Shown piece after piece: positions 17,619-24,228 of a stretch of 64,000 nucleotides of DNA. The notes below the pieces were generated by a model. It was not told the origin of the DNA, searched no databases, and saw only the letters and a list, made by a program, of their open reading frames with translations. Both the position numbers and the translations under genes were made by a program. Source of the DNA: Oscillospiraceae bacterium (GTDB lineage: Bacteria > Bacillota > Clostridia > Oscillospirales > Oscillospiraceae). The stretch covers positions 1,377-65,376 of the forward strand of contig JAIKVS010000064.1 in NCBI GenBank assembly GCA_024685535.1, in the 5' to 3' direction. Positions within the stretch are counted from its first letter, which is position 1, and the number at the start of each line of letters is the position of its first letter.

Positions 17619-17771
17619 GTGAATACACAAAATCTTACAAATGAAGAACTCGATAAAATGATTGCCGAGAAATACGGTGAGAACTGGACATTTGACACCG
17701 TAGATTTTGAAGACGAACTGATAAAAGAGTTTATTGACCGCATTTCTACCTCTGGAAATGCCAGACATTAA
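17619..17771 (+). CDS. Small acidic hypothetical protein (50 aa, GTG start)
   Basis: My translation is (M)NTQNLTNEELDKMIAEKYGENWTFDTVDFEDELIKEFIDRISTSGNARH. GGAG lies 10 nt upstream. It sits between the RHH gene and the terminator. Confidence 0.3.
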   Translation: MNTQNLTNEELDKMIAEKYGENWTFDTVDFEDELIKEFIDRISTSGNARH

Positions 17772-17834
17772 CTCAGTGTATAAAACGTGTATAAACCACC
17801 ATATAAAAACAAAGATAATAGTGTTTAATTGCAT

Positions 17835-17850
17835 TATACATTAATGTATA
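17835..17850. promoter_or_regulatory. Perfect 16-bp palindrome TATACATTAATGTATA, a third copy of the operator core
   Basis: It shares CATTAATGTATAT with the operator at 17321-17338. Confidence 0.45.
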
Positions 17851-17873
17851 TTTATACTATTTTACTTTTGTAA

Positions 17874-17924
17874 AAAGAAAGTTGCAGATTTTAGGTGAAA
17901 CACCTATTTTCTGCAACTTTTTTC
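17874..17924. terminator. Bidirectional terminator between the convergent RHH unit and the sigma-like gene
   Basis: Stem AAGTTGCAGA..TCTGCAACTT with inner TAGGTG/CACCTA. T-tracts follow on both strands. Confidence 0.65.
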
Positions 17925-18040
17925 GTCTTTCATATTCTGGATAATCTCGCATAATAAATATTGAACGAGATATATCGCTGTTTTGCATGGCTAATAGCAC
18001 TTATCTGTGTATAATCTTTGTATATTGCGTGCATCTCTTT

Positions 18041-18346
18041 CTATGGTCTGTAACCTACTCCATGCCGCAGCCGTAGCAGCTTATCTATAGCATTTTCTTT
18101 GATTTCAAAGACTTGTCTTGACGTTAAATCTGTATCTACTGATATTGCCGTTGCTCTTTCCCTTTTTATAACTAAGCGTTCAATTACAATCCTCTCTTGT
18201 TCTTCAAGCTGGGAGAGCAGCCGCTCAATGTCTGCTATGTGTCTTTGCTTATAGTCATATACGAGCGGATTATTGATAATTTCAAGTTCTTTTCGGTCTG
18301 CTGGTAGTGCTCTCAAATCCTCTATAAGCCATGCCATATAATTCAT
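18041..18346 (-). CDS. Sigma-70 region-4-like / ArpU-RinA-like small transcriptional regulator
   Basis: The C-terminal HTH segment is ERIVIERLVIKRERATAISVDTDLTSRQVFEIKENAIDKLLRL. The size of 101 aa is typical of phage or ICE late-gene activators. Confidence 0.5.
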   Translation of the reverse strand: MNYMAWLIEDLRALPADRKELEIINNPLVYDYKQRHIADIERLLSQLEEQERIVIERLVIKRERATAISVDTDLTSRQVFEIKENAIDKLLRLRHGVGYRP

Positions 18347-18364
18347 ATCATAACGCCTTTTACC

Positions 18365-18585
18365 TTGTGTTTTCAGTCTTTACATGATATAATTAACATG
18401 CCCAGATAATATCAGAAGCACTTGTTATTATCAGTGTAGATAGTGACATTAAAGCAGTTATGTCGCTGTCTGGCGGATTCTCAGTCTTTGTAGTATCTAA
18501 TTTTCAGTCTTTTTACTGCCCTTTTCTTTTTTATCCCAACTTCGGCATGTTGTACGGAGCTCCATAACGGAGCTCCGTTTTTTTA
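18365..18585 (+). ncRNA. Candidate orphan transcription unit (promoter to terminator, ~185 nt) with no convincing ORF
   Basis: TTGTGT (18365-18370), a 17-nt spacer and TATAAT (18388-18393). The terminator is ACGGAGCTCC-ATAAC-GGAGCTCCGT plus T7 (18554-18585). Inside are three copies of T(T/C)TCAGTCTTT and a 35-codon ORF (18460-18567) that lacks an RBS. Confidence 0.3.
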
Positions 18586-19146
18586 TCCTTCATCTGTGAA
18601 GTATTCTTCCAGCTCTTTATCAATCCCAGAGAAGTCGATTTCTTTCTCTGGGTCTGCTCCAGCGGAATAATATAGAAAATCCCCGAGCTTCTGCTGAAAG
18701 TCTTTTCCCTTGCTTGCTTCTTTTGCCGCTTCGTCTGCTATCACGGCATATTCATATAACAAGTTTGATTCAAAGACTTTTTTCAAGAATTTCAATTCTT
18801 CTGCTTTACCTTTGAAAGCGTCAAGCATTGCAGAGACAGCGGCTTCTGGTAGCTTATTTCCAGCCGCATTGATGAAGTTGAGAGCTTCAAGCATTTTCGG
18901 ATTTGTATAGTCAAACGGGTCTGGCTGGAAATTCATTTCACTGAGAGCATCTTCTGACTTTAGCTTGATACTGTTCAGCCTTTCAATAGCCTTTTCTCTT
19001 GCAACAACCCGCTGCTGGATTTTATATTCAGAGCTCCACATATTGTTGTCGGTTATCTCTGAAAGTTCTTTACGGAGCTCTGCTTTAACGGCGTTTATCT
19101 CGTTGAACAATCCTCTGATAATGGCTTTTTTTGTTGTATTCTTCAT
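18583..19146 (-). CDS. Hypothetical helical acidic protein (187 aa from the internal ATG)
   Basis: AAGGAGAAAAAAATG precedes MKNTTKKAIIRGL. The track start at 19182 would overlap the upstream gene. I recognise no motif. Confidence 0.5.
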   Translation of the reverse strand: MKNTTKKAIIRGLFNEINAVKAELRKELSEITDNNMWSSEYKIQQRVVAREKAIERLNSIKLKSEDALSEMNFQPDPFDYTNPKMLEALNFINAAGNKLPEAAVSAMLDAFKGKAEELKFLKKVFESNLLYEYAVIADEAAKEASKGKDFQQKLGDFLYYSAGADPEKEIDFSGIDKELEEYFTDEG

Positions 19147-19159
19147 TTTTTTCTCCTTT

Positions 19160-19399
19160 TCACTTTTTTGTTCTGTTCTCATACTTACCTTTGATTTCTT
19201 TTAGCTTTGATAGGTACTGCGCATAACTGGTTTTAGATAGTCTACATTCAAGAGTTTTCTTCATTTCCTTGTGCAGCTCATTTGCATCGGCGTGGCTTAC
19301 ATTTGGTATTATCTCGCTGAAAAAGCGGTAAGCCTGTTCTGCGTCCATATCATAGAAACAGCGTAATAGCTGCAGCATTTCATCTCGCATACTCACCAT
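19160..19399 (-). CDS. Hypothetical protein (79 aa)
   Basis: It is tightly packed in the operon and its start overlaps the upstream stop. I recognise no motif. Confidence 0.4.
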   Translation of the reverse strand: MVSMRDEMLQLLRCFYDMDAEQAYRFFSEIIPNVSHADANELHKEMKKTLECRLSKTSYAQYLSKLKEIKGKYENRTKK

Positions 19400-19755
19400 A
19401 TTATGTTATACGGGCTGTTTTCTTCACGCTCTCTCGCTGCAGCAGACTGTAACCGTGTCACTGTTGTAATAATGGCTTGTGCTGCGTTCAGTCGCACTTG
19501 CGGGGCATTGTTTATATCGTCCATGATTTCAGCCATAGTTGAAACAGATTTCAGCAGCATCCGTTGCGCCTGTTCAAGACACTTAGCGAATATAACTGCT
19601 TTAGCATCAGAAAACGCCCTCTGAAACGCATCTGATTTCATCCGTTTATATAGATAGCTTTCACTTATTCCCAGCTCTGAGGCTGCAGCGGCGTTTGTGT
19701 CATTAGTAAGCAGAGCAGTTATTATACTGTCGTTTGTTAGCGTCATTGTAAGCAC
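19393..19755 (-). CDS. HTH protein resembling phage small-terminase/packaging HTH proteins
   Basis: The pattern is ALLTNDTNAAAASELGISESYLYKRMKSDAFQRAF...NAPQVRLNAAQAII. An N-terminal HTH followed by a helical tail recurs in small phage proteins found upstream of terminases. The assignment is by resemblance only. Confidence 0.35.
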   Translation of the reverse strand: MLTMTLTNDSIITALLTNDTNAAAASELGISESYLYKRMKSDAFQRAFSDAKAVIFAKCLEQAQRMLLKSVSTMAEIMDDINNAPQVRLNAAQAIITTVTRLQSAAAREREENSPYNIIW

Positions 19756-19870
19756 CCCCTTTCATGTACTTTTCTCGAACTTTTCGGTGTATATAATGCG
19801 CTCTGTCGCTCGTTCTCTATTAGTTGATAGCATAGAGAAAACGGGGGCGGCGGTTAGTATCCTTATGCTA

Positions 19871-20019
19871 TGGCAATATATATTGTATATGTGTGCCAAA
19901 TAGACACCATTAATCTGACCGTTAACGCCCTGTTTTAGTGCCAACTGGACACCATAAACCGCTTTCCCGTTTCTGTTATAGTGTCCTCTTTGCATCAAAC
20001 AGACACCTTTATAGTGTCA
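19871..20019. repeat. Iteron cluster with an AT-rich tract; candidate replication origin
   Basis: Direct repeats are GTGCCAAATAGACACCATTAA (19893-19913), GTGCCAACTGGACACCATAAA (19938-19958) and GCATCAAACAGACACCTTTAT (19992-20012). Inverted half-sites TATAGTGTCC (19977-19986) and TATAGTGTCA (20010-20019) are also present. The AT-rich tract is ATATATATTGTATATGTGT. Confidence 0.55.
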
Positions 20020-20036
20020 AAATGGCATAGCGGAAA

Positions 20037-20405
20037 TTACTCTTTCGCTTCTCTGTCTTTCCAGTCATAGACAAACTCATATACGTTAGCTTGCCGTGTA
20101 TATAGAGCATGATTGCACTTGATAAATCCCTGTTCTTCGAGTTCTTCTATGAATCTTCGAGCAGTTCTGACTGGAAAAGAATACTTTTTCATAGTAGAGT
20201 TCGGAAACTTAAAGGATTTCTGCCCGCCAGCTTCAAGAGCCATACACAGATAGAGCATCTGAGCGCCATAGCTTAAATTCTTGTGAAAGACTTCTGACAG
20301 CAGAAACGAGTTTGACACTTGAATGAATCTGCCCTCATCCCTGTTCGTTTTCTTTGCCGTCAGCCATAGCAGAAACTGACAGTTTACCGCTGCTTTATGT
20401 CTTGC
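20037..20405 (-). CDS. Replication-initiator-like winged-helix protein
   Basis: FIQVSNSFLL...YGAQMLYLCMALEAGG...RTARRFIEELEEQGFI resembles Rep/replisome-organizer N-terminal wHTH domains. It sits directly next to the iterons. I place the start at ATG 20405, which follows GGAGAGGG. Confidence 0.45.
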   Translation of the reverse strand, partial: ARHKAAVNCQFLLWLTAKKTNRDEGRFIQVSNSFLLSEVFHKNLSYGAQMLYLCMALEAGGQKSFKFPNSTMKKYSFPVRTARRFIEELEEQGFIKCNHALYTRQANVYEFVYDWKDREAKE

Positions 20406-20781
20406 CATTGGCTGCCCTCTCCAGTGCTCTTGCTGTCTCGTGAATCTCACCAGCTCGGAGTTGGAGAGCTGCTACGCATCTCAAGAGTTCTTCCCGTGAA
20501 TCAGCTAACCAGTAACCGCACTCAGAATCACTCAAAATCGGCGTTCCATTTCGTCTTTCTCGCTGGATGGTTCTCCGTACCTCTCTGGGCGAAATATCTA
20601 ACAGGCGTGATAATTCACGGCATGTAGTAGCGTTGTTTCGTCCATGCGAGAGCATACTTGCTATTGTGCCTTTGTTCGGTGTATAATCTGATAAGGGCAG
20701 ATTGCTGAATCCCTCAATATTCATCTGCTTGCCGCTGTCGAAAGTACCAGTTTCGGCGGCGGTTCTTCTTTTCCCGTTCAT
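20395..20781 (-). CDS. Winged-helix DNA-binding protein, function unknown
   Basis: TCRELSRLLDISPREVRRTIQRERRNGTPILS is HTH-like. It lies in the operon between the excisionase-like and Rep-like genes. Confidence 0.45.
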   Translation of the reverse strand: MNGKRRTAAETGTFDSGKQMNIEGFSNLPLSDYTPNKGTIASMLSHGRNNATTCRELSRLLDISPREVRRTIQRERRNGTPILSDSECGYWLADSREELLRCVAALQLRAGEIHETARALERAANGKT

Positions 20782-20996
20782 TTTTCCCCCTCAGTCTGTC
20801 TGTTAATCCACGCTTCAAGCTTTTCACGATTGATTAACCGTCTGCCGCCAATCATAAAGGCAAAGTCACAGTCATCCCGCTTTATAAGCTCGTACATTTT
20901 CGTTTTGCTTATCCCTATTGCAGCCGCAGCATCAATAACACTCATAGCTATTGGTGTAGCTTCAAATTTTGGTCTACCAGCTCTAACTAATTCCAT
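20778..20996 (-). CDS. xis: Excisionase-family (MerR-like HTH) DNA-binding protein
   Basis: MSVIDAAAAIGISKTKMYELIKRDDCDFAFMIGGRRLINREKLEAWI matches the excisionase-family HTH pattern. Confidence 0.65.
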   Translation of the reverse strand: MELVRAGRPKFEATPIAMSVIDAAAAIGISKTKMYELIKRDDCDFAFMIGGRRLINREKLEAWINRQTEGEK

Positions 20997-21167
20997 TTAA
21001 CCTTTTTCTCCTTTGTCAGTACTGTTGCTCTGTTTTTCAGTCTCTTTTGTGAGTCTGTTTTCCCAGTATCTTCGGTTGTTTTCCTTAACCTTGTCTGGAT
21101 TTCGCTTACGCCACGCTCGATAATAGGCATTTCTGAGTTCACGAGCTGCATTGCTTATCTCTGTCAA
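20997..21167 (-). CDS. Small basic hypothetical protein (first gene of the element operon; TTG start)
   Basis: AAAGGGGGTGAAGTTTTG precedes TEISNAARELRNAYYRAWRKRNPDKVKENNRRYWENRL. The track ATG at 21215 lies inside the leader hairpin. Confidence 0.4.
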   Translation of the reverse strand: MTEISNAARELRNAYYRAWRKRNPDKVKENNRRYWENRLTKETEKQSNSTDKGEKG

Positions 21168-21184
21168 AACTTCACCCCCTTTCA

Positions 21185-21262
21185 ATAAAAAAACCGCAAA
21201 ATGAAAAAAGAACAATGACCTTAGAAACCTAAGGTATTGTCCTTTCTACCTTCATTATGCGG
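21185..21262 (-). terminator. Long imperfect hairpin plus U7, a terminator-like structure in the leader of the element operon
   Basis: Minus strand reads CCGCATAATGAAGG..ACAATACCTTAGG TTT CTAAGGTCATTGT..TTCATTTTGCGG followed by TTTTTTTAT. This lies immediately before the RBS at about 21180. Confidence 0.5.
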
Positions 21263-21337
21263 ATTTAAAAGAAACGAATAGTTGCCGCCAGCCGTTTCTT
21301 TATCTGATTATAATTGTAAGCCTCGAAATACACTAAA

Positions 21338-21504
21338 GTCAATCGACAAAAAGTGGAATCTTTCCCCTACTCTCTACGATAGATAATAAGAAAGATAAAC
21401 GGATAAGTCAATGACATAAAAGTGACATCTGTTCCCCCTGTTTTTCTACGATAGATTATAAGGAAGATAAACAATAATGTCAATGAAATAAAAGTGAAAT
21501 CCCG
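21338..21504. repeat. Tandem 69-72 bp repeats, 2.4 copies, near attR
   Basis: Units start with GTCAAT at 21338, 21407 and 21479. They share GTCAATGACATAAAAGTGA.ATCT..TTCCCC...TCTACGATAGAT.ATAAG.AAGATAAAC. Confidence 0.7.
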
Positions 21505-21530
21505 TTAAATAAATATCAATAATGCTCTGT

Positions 21531-21555
21531 AGTTTTCCTGCTATTTTTCCTGCTT
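21531..21555 (+). repeat. Candidate integrase arm-type sites, right arm
   Basis: AGTTTTCCTGCTATTTTTCCTGCTT. This is the partner of 15716-15741. Confidence 0.5.
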
Positions 21556-21659
21556 AACGCTTTGCCGTTTCTGTTTTGTATATAACTGCATCGGAAAAAA
21601 TCCCTTACAAATCGGCTATAAAGAACCGCAATTACCTGTATCGGAAGTATATTTTGTAA

Positions 21660-21682
21660 TTCGAATCCCACCCGCTGCGCCA
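21660..21682 (+). repeat. attR core, a 23-bp duplicate of the tRNA-Ser 3' end
   Basis: TTCGAATCCCACCCGCTGCGCCA is identical to 15612-15634. There is no upstream tRNA body. Confidence 0.9.
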
Positions 21683-21688
21683 AATAGT

Positions 21689-21735
21689 GAAGCATCCTCT
21701 ATTCCATACTGATAGGGGATGCTTCCTGTGTTTTC
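21689..21735 (+). terminator. Probable original tRNA-Ser terminator, displaced by the insertion
   Basis: Stem GAAGCATCC..GGATGCTTC followed by CTGTGTTTTC. It begins 7 nt after attR. Confidence 0.55.
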
Positions 21736-21884
21736 AAATAATCTGCCAATCGCGTGCTTTGACATAAAACACGGTAATTCTGATAGAATTGCTGTGCTTT
21801 ACTATTTATGCTATGATAATTTCATACTTGGAATAATGGTTTTGCGTCATCAGTCAAAATATCAGTTATATCTGGAGAATTGAG

Positions 21885-22709
21885 ATGGAAAGCAGAAACT
21901 GCTGTACAAAATACCCTGTATTAATGATCCATGGCGTCGGCTTCAGAGACCTGAGATGGCCTTTGTATTGGGGCAGAATACCCGCTGTTATTGCCAGTAC
22001 AGGAACTGTATTATTCTACGGGCAGCAGGACTGCTGGGCGCGTATAGAAGATAACGCACGGTCGATAAAGGCAAGGATCAGACAGATCCTGGATGAAACA
22101 GATGCCGAAAAAGTGAATATCATTGCACATTCAAAAGGCGGCCTGGAAGCCCGGATGGCTGCCTCCTCTCTGGGAATGGGAAACAGCATTGCAAGCATCA
22201 CAACAATCGGGACGCCGCACCGCGGTTCAAAAACGATAGACAAGCTGTTGAAAGCGCCGGATTCATTATTTAATATAGCATCCTTTGCTGTAGATAACTG
22301 GATAGGTCTCATTGGCGATACAAAACTGGATTTCTACGCTGTATGTAAAGATTTCTCCACCGAATACGCGGAAAGATTCAACAGGGAAAACCCGGATGTT
22401 CCTGGTGTCTATTATCAGAGCTATGCCGGTGTAATGAAAACCCCGCTTTCGGATATCAATCTTTCGACAGCAAATGTGATCGTCAGGCTGATAGAAGGCG
22501 ATAATGACGGGCTTGTAAGTGTTGAATCTGCAAAGTGGGGTGACTCTTTCACTCTGCTTACCGGCCGTACAAACAGGGGCGTTTCTCATTACGATGAGAT
22601 CGATTTCAGGCGTGCCCCTCTCACATCAAAAAAATACGGAGATGGTGTAGCCGATATTTGTGATGTATATCTGTCGATTATAAACGGTCTTGTAAAATGC
22701 GGTTTTTGA
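21885..22709 (+). CDS. Alpha/beta-hydrolase, lipase/esterase-like
   Basis: MIHGVGFRD is oxyanion-region-like and the nucleophile elbow is AHSKGG. Confidence 0.65.
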   Translation: MESRNCCTKYPVLMIHGVGFRDLRWPLYWGRIPAVIASTGTVLFYGQQDCWARIEDNARSIKARIRQILDETDAEKVNIIAHSKGGLEARMAASSLGMGNSIASITTIGTPHRGSKTIDKLLKAPDSLFNIASFAVDNWIGLIGDTKLDFYAVCKDFSTEYAERFNRENPDVPGVYYQSYAGVMKTPLSDINLSTANVIVRLIEGDNDGLVSVESAKWGDSFTLLTGRTNRGVSHYDEIDFRRAPLTSKKYGDGVADICDVYLSIINGLVKCGF

Positions 22710-22775
22710 TTCAAATTCAAAATAAGCCTTATGAAGTAATAAATTATACTACGGGAGTTTTTCAAAGGAGAATCT

Positions 22776-23411
22776 ATGAAAGCATTAATACTAAACGGAA
22801 GCCCAAGAAAAAACCGCAATACCGCCATGATGCTCAGGTCTGTGCAGAAAGGTGCTGAATCTGTCGGTGCTGAAACGGAATACATAGATCTTTACGATCT
22901 GCAGTACACAGGCTGCCGCAGCTGCATGCTCTGCAAAAGAAAAGGTGCAGAGCGGTGCAGATGCTACTGGAAAGATGACCTTTCTCCTTTGATCGACCGA
23001 ATTTTTGCCGCAAATGCGCTGTTTATAGGCTCGCCCATCTATCTTGGCGACATTATAAGCCAGGTCCACGCCCTGATAGAACGGCTCCATTTCTGCGCAC
23101 TTTCCTATGACGATTATTCAAACTACTTTAAAGGCAGGATCAATGTAGGCCTTATATTTACAATGAATGCGCCGCAGTCGTATTTTGATAACTTCTATAA
23201 ATCAGAATGTAATGCTCTTTCAGAAACTTTCAGTTTCATGAATGGCTCAGTAGGGATATGCACGAGCTGTGATACTCTTCAGGTTGACGATTACAGCAAA
23301 TACAGCATGGCTGGCTTTGATGAAGCTCACAAAAAGGAGATGCATGACAAACAGTTTCCAAGGGACCTTGAGGCCGCCTTCATTTTTGGATCAAAACTTT
23401 GCACGAAATAA
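22776..23411 (+). CDS. Flavodoxin-like NAD(P)H-dependent FMN reductase / iron-sulfur flavoprotein family
   Basis: N-terminus MKALILNGSPRKNRNT and a Cys cluster CRSCMLC. Confidence 0.65.
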   Translation: MKALILNGSPRKNRNTAMMLRSVQKGAESVGAETEYIDLYDLQYTGCRSCMLCKRKGAERCRCYWKDDLSPLIDRIFAANALFIGSPIYLGDIISQVHALIERLHFCALSYDDYSNYFKGRINVGLIFTMNAPQSYFDNFYKSECNALSETFSFMNGSVGICTSCDTLQVDDYSKYSMAGFDEAHKKEMHDKQFPRDLEAAFIFGSKLCTK

Positions 23412-23448
23412 CGGCGGTAAGTATACGTATCACAGCGAGGAAAAAACA

Positions 23449-24228
23449 TTGATCGACAGGGAAATCGTAACCCGGGCTTTTGACCAATATACAGCCTTAT
23501 ATAATGCGAATGATCCCAAAATCAAACTGAAAATCGACCACACATACAGGGTAGCTGCTCTGTGTGCAAAAATCGCCCGTTCAACCAGTATTCGTAATGT
23601 CGATATGGCCTGGTTGAGCGGTATGCTACACGATATCGGCCGCTTTGAACAGGTTAAGCGTTATAACACCTTCGTTGACGCTGATTCAGTAGATCACGCA
23701 CAGCTAGGAGCAGATATGCTGTTTCACGATGGACTTTTGGAGCAGTTTAAAGTTGGCTTATCCAAAACTGAAAAGCATATTCTGGAATTGTGTATTCGCA
23801 GCCACAGTGCTTACCGTCTAAGCGTAGGTCTTAATGAGACAGAAACATCATATTGCAACGTGCTTCGCGATGCTGACAAGATCGATATTTTTCGTGTAAA
23901 CTGCGATACTCCGCCGGAGGAGATATATAATGTTTCCTCAGAGGAACTGAAAACCTCTGCGGTAAGTGAAGAAGTAAAGGATTGCTTCCGCAATCATACC
24001 GCTGTTATGCGGAAGCTGAAAAAAACCGCAATTGACTATATAGTGGGCCATGTGTGTCTTGCGTTCGAGCTTGTTTATCCGGTCAGCCGGGAAATTGCAC
24101 GGGAGCAGGGATATGTGGACAGGCTTCTCTCTTTTGAATCTGATAATCCGGATACAAAAAACTGGTTTGAATATATGAAAAACAACATCTGGTCACCAGT
24201 GGAACAAGAAACAGATTCATGTCAATAA
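23449..24228 (+). CDS. HD-domain phosphohydrolase
   Basis: HDIGRFEQ and RDADKIDIF motifs. I prefer the in-frame TTG at 23449, which follows GAGGAAAAAACA. The track start at 23269 overlaps the upstream gene by 143 nt. Confidence 0.6.
   Translation: MIDREIVTRAFDQYTALYNANDPKIKLKIDHTYRVAALCAKIARSTSIRNVDMAWLSGMLHDIGRFEQVKRYNTFVDADSVDHAQLGADMLFHDGLLEQFKVGLSKTEKHILELCIRSHSAYRLSVGLNETETSYCNVLRDADKIDIFRVNCDTPPEEIYNVSSEELKTSAVSEEVKDCFRNHTAVMRKLKKTAIDYIVGHVCLAFELVYPVSREIAREQGYVDRLLSFESDNPDTKNWFEYMKNNIWSPVEQETDSCQ

Larger units (their letters stand above)
15612..21682. mobile_element. Integrative element of ~6.05 kb inserted in the 3' end of tRNA-Ser; satellite-like or minimal mobilizable element
   Basis: A perfect 23-bp direct repeat lies at both ends. 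A tyrosine integrase sits next to the tRNA. Excisionase-like, Rep-like plus iterons, and regulatory genes lie inside. The native tRNA terminator has been displaced to 21689-21735. Confidence 0.85.

Noticed and set aside
17436-17834. 132-aa minus-strand ORF across the RHH gene and the small acidic ORF
   Set aside because: It is antisense to a better-supported RHH gene that has its own consensus promoter and RBS. Its translation is Phe/Ile/Cys-rich with no motif.
19762-19998. 78-aa ORF in the element
   Set aside because: It lies over the iteron/AT-rich region, has no RBS and has odd composition. The region is better explained as an origin.
21338-21504. Possible CRISPR array
   Set aside because: There are only 2.4 units, the units are contiguous with no unique spacers, the repeats are about 70 bp and imperfect, and there are no cas genes. 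It is a tandem repeat, not a CRISPR array.
23269-23448. Long 5' extension of the HD-domain ORF overlapping the flavoprotein gene
   Set aside because: A 143-nt overlap with a well-supported gene is unlikely. An in-frame TTG with an RBS at 23449 gives a compact HD protein.
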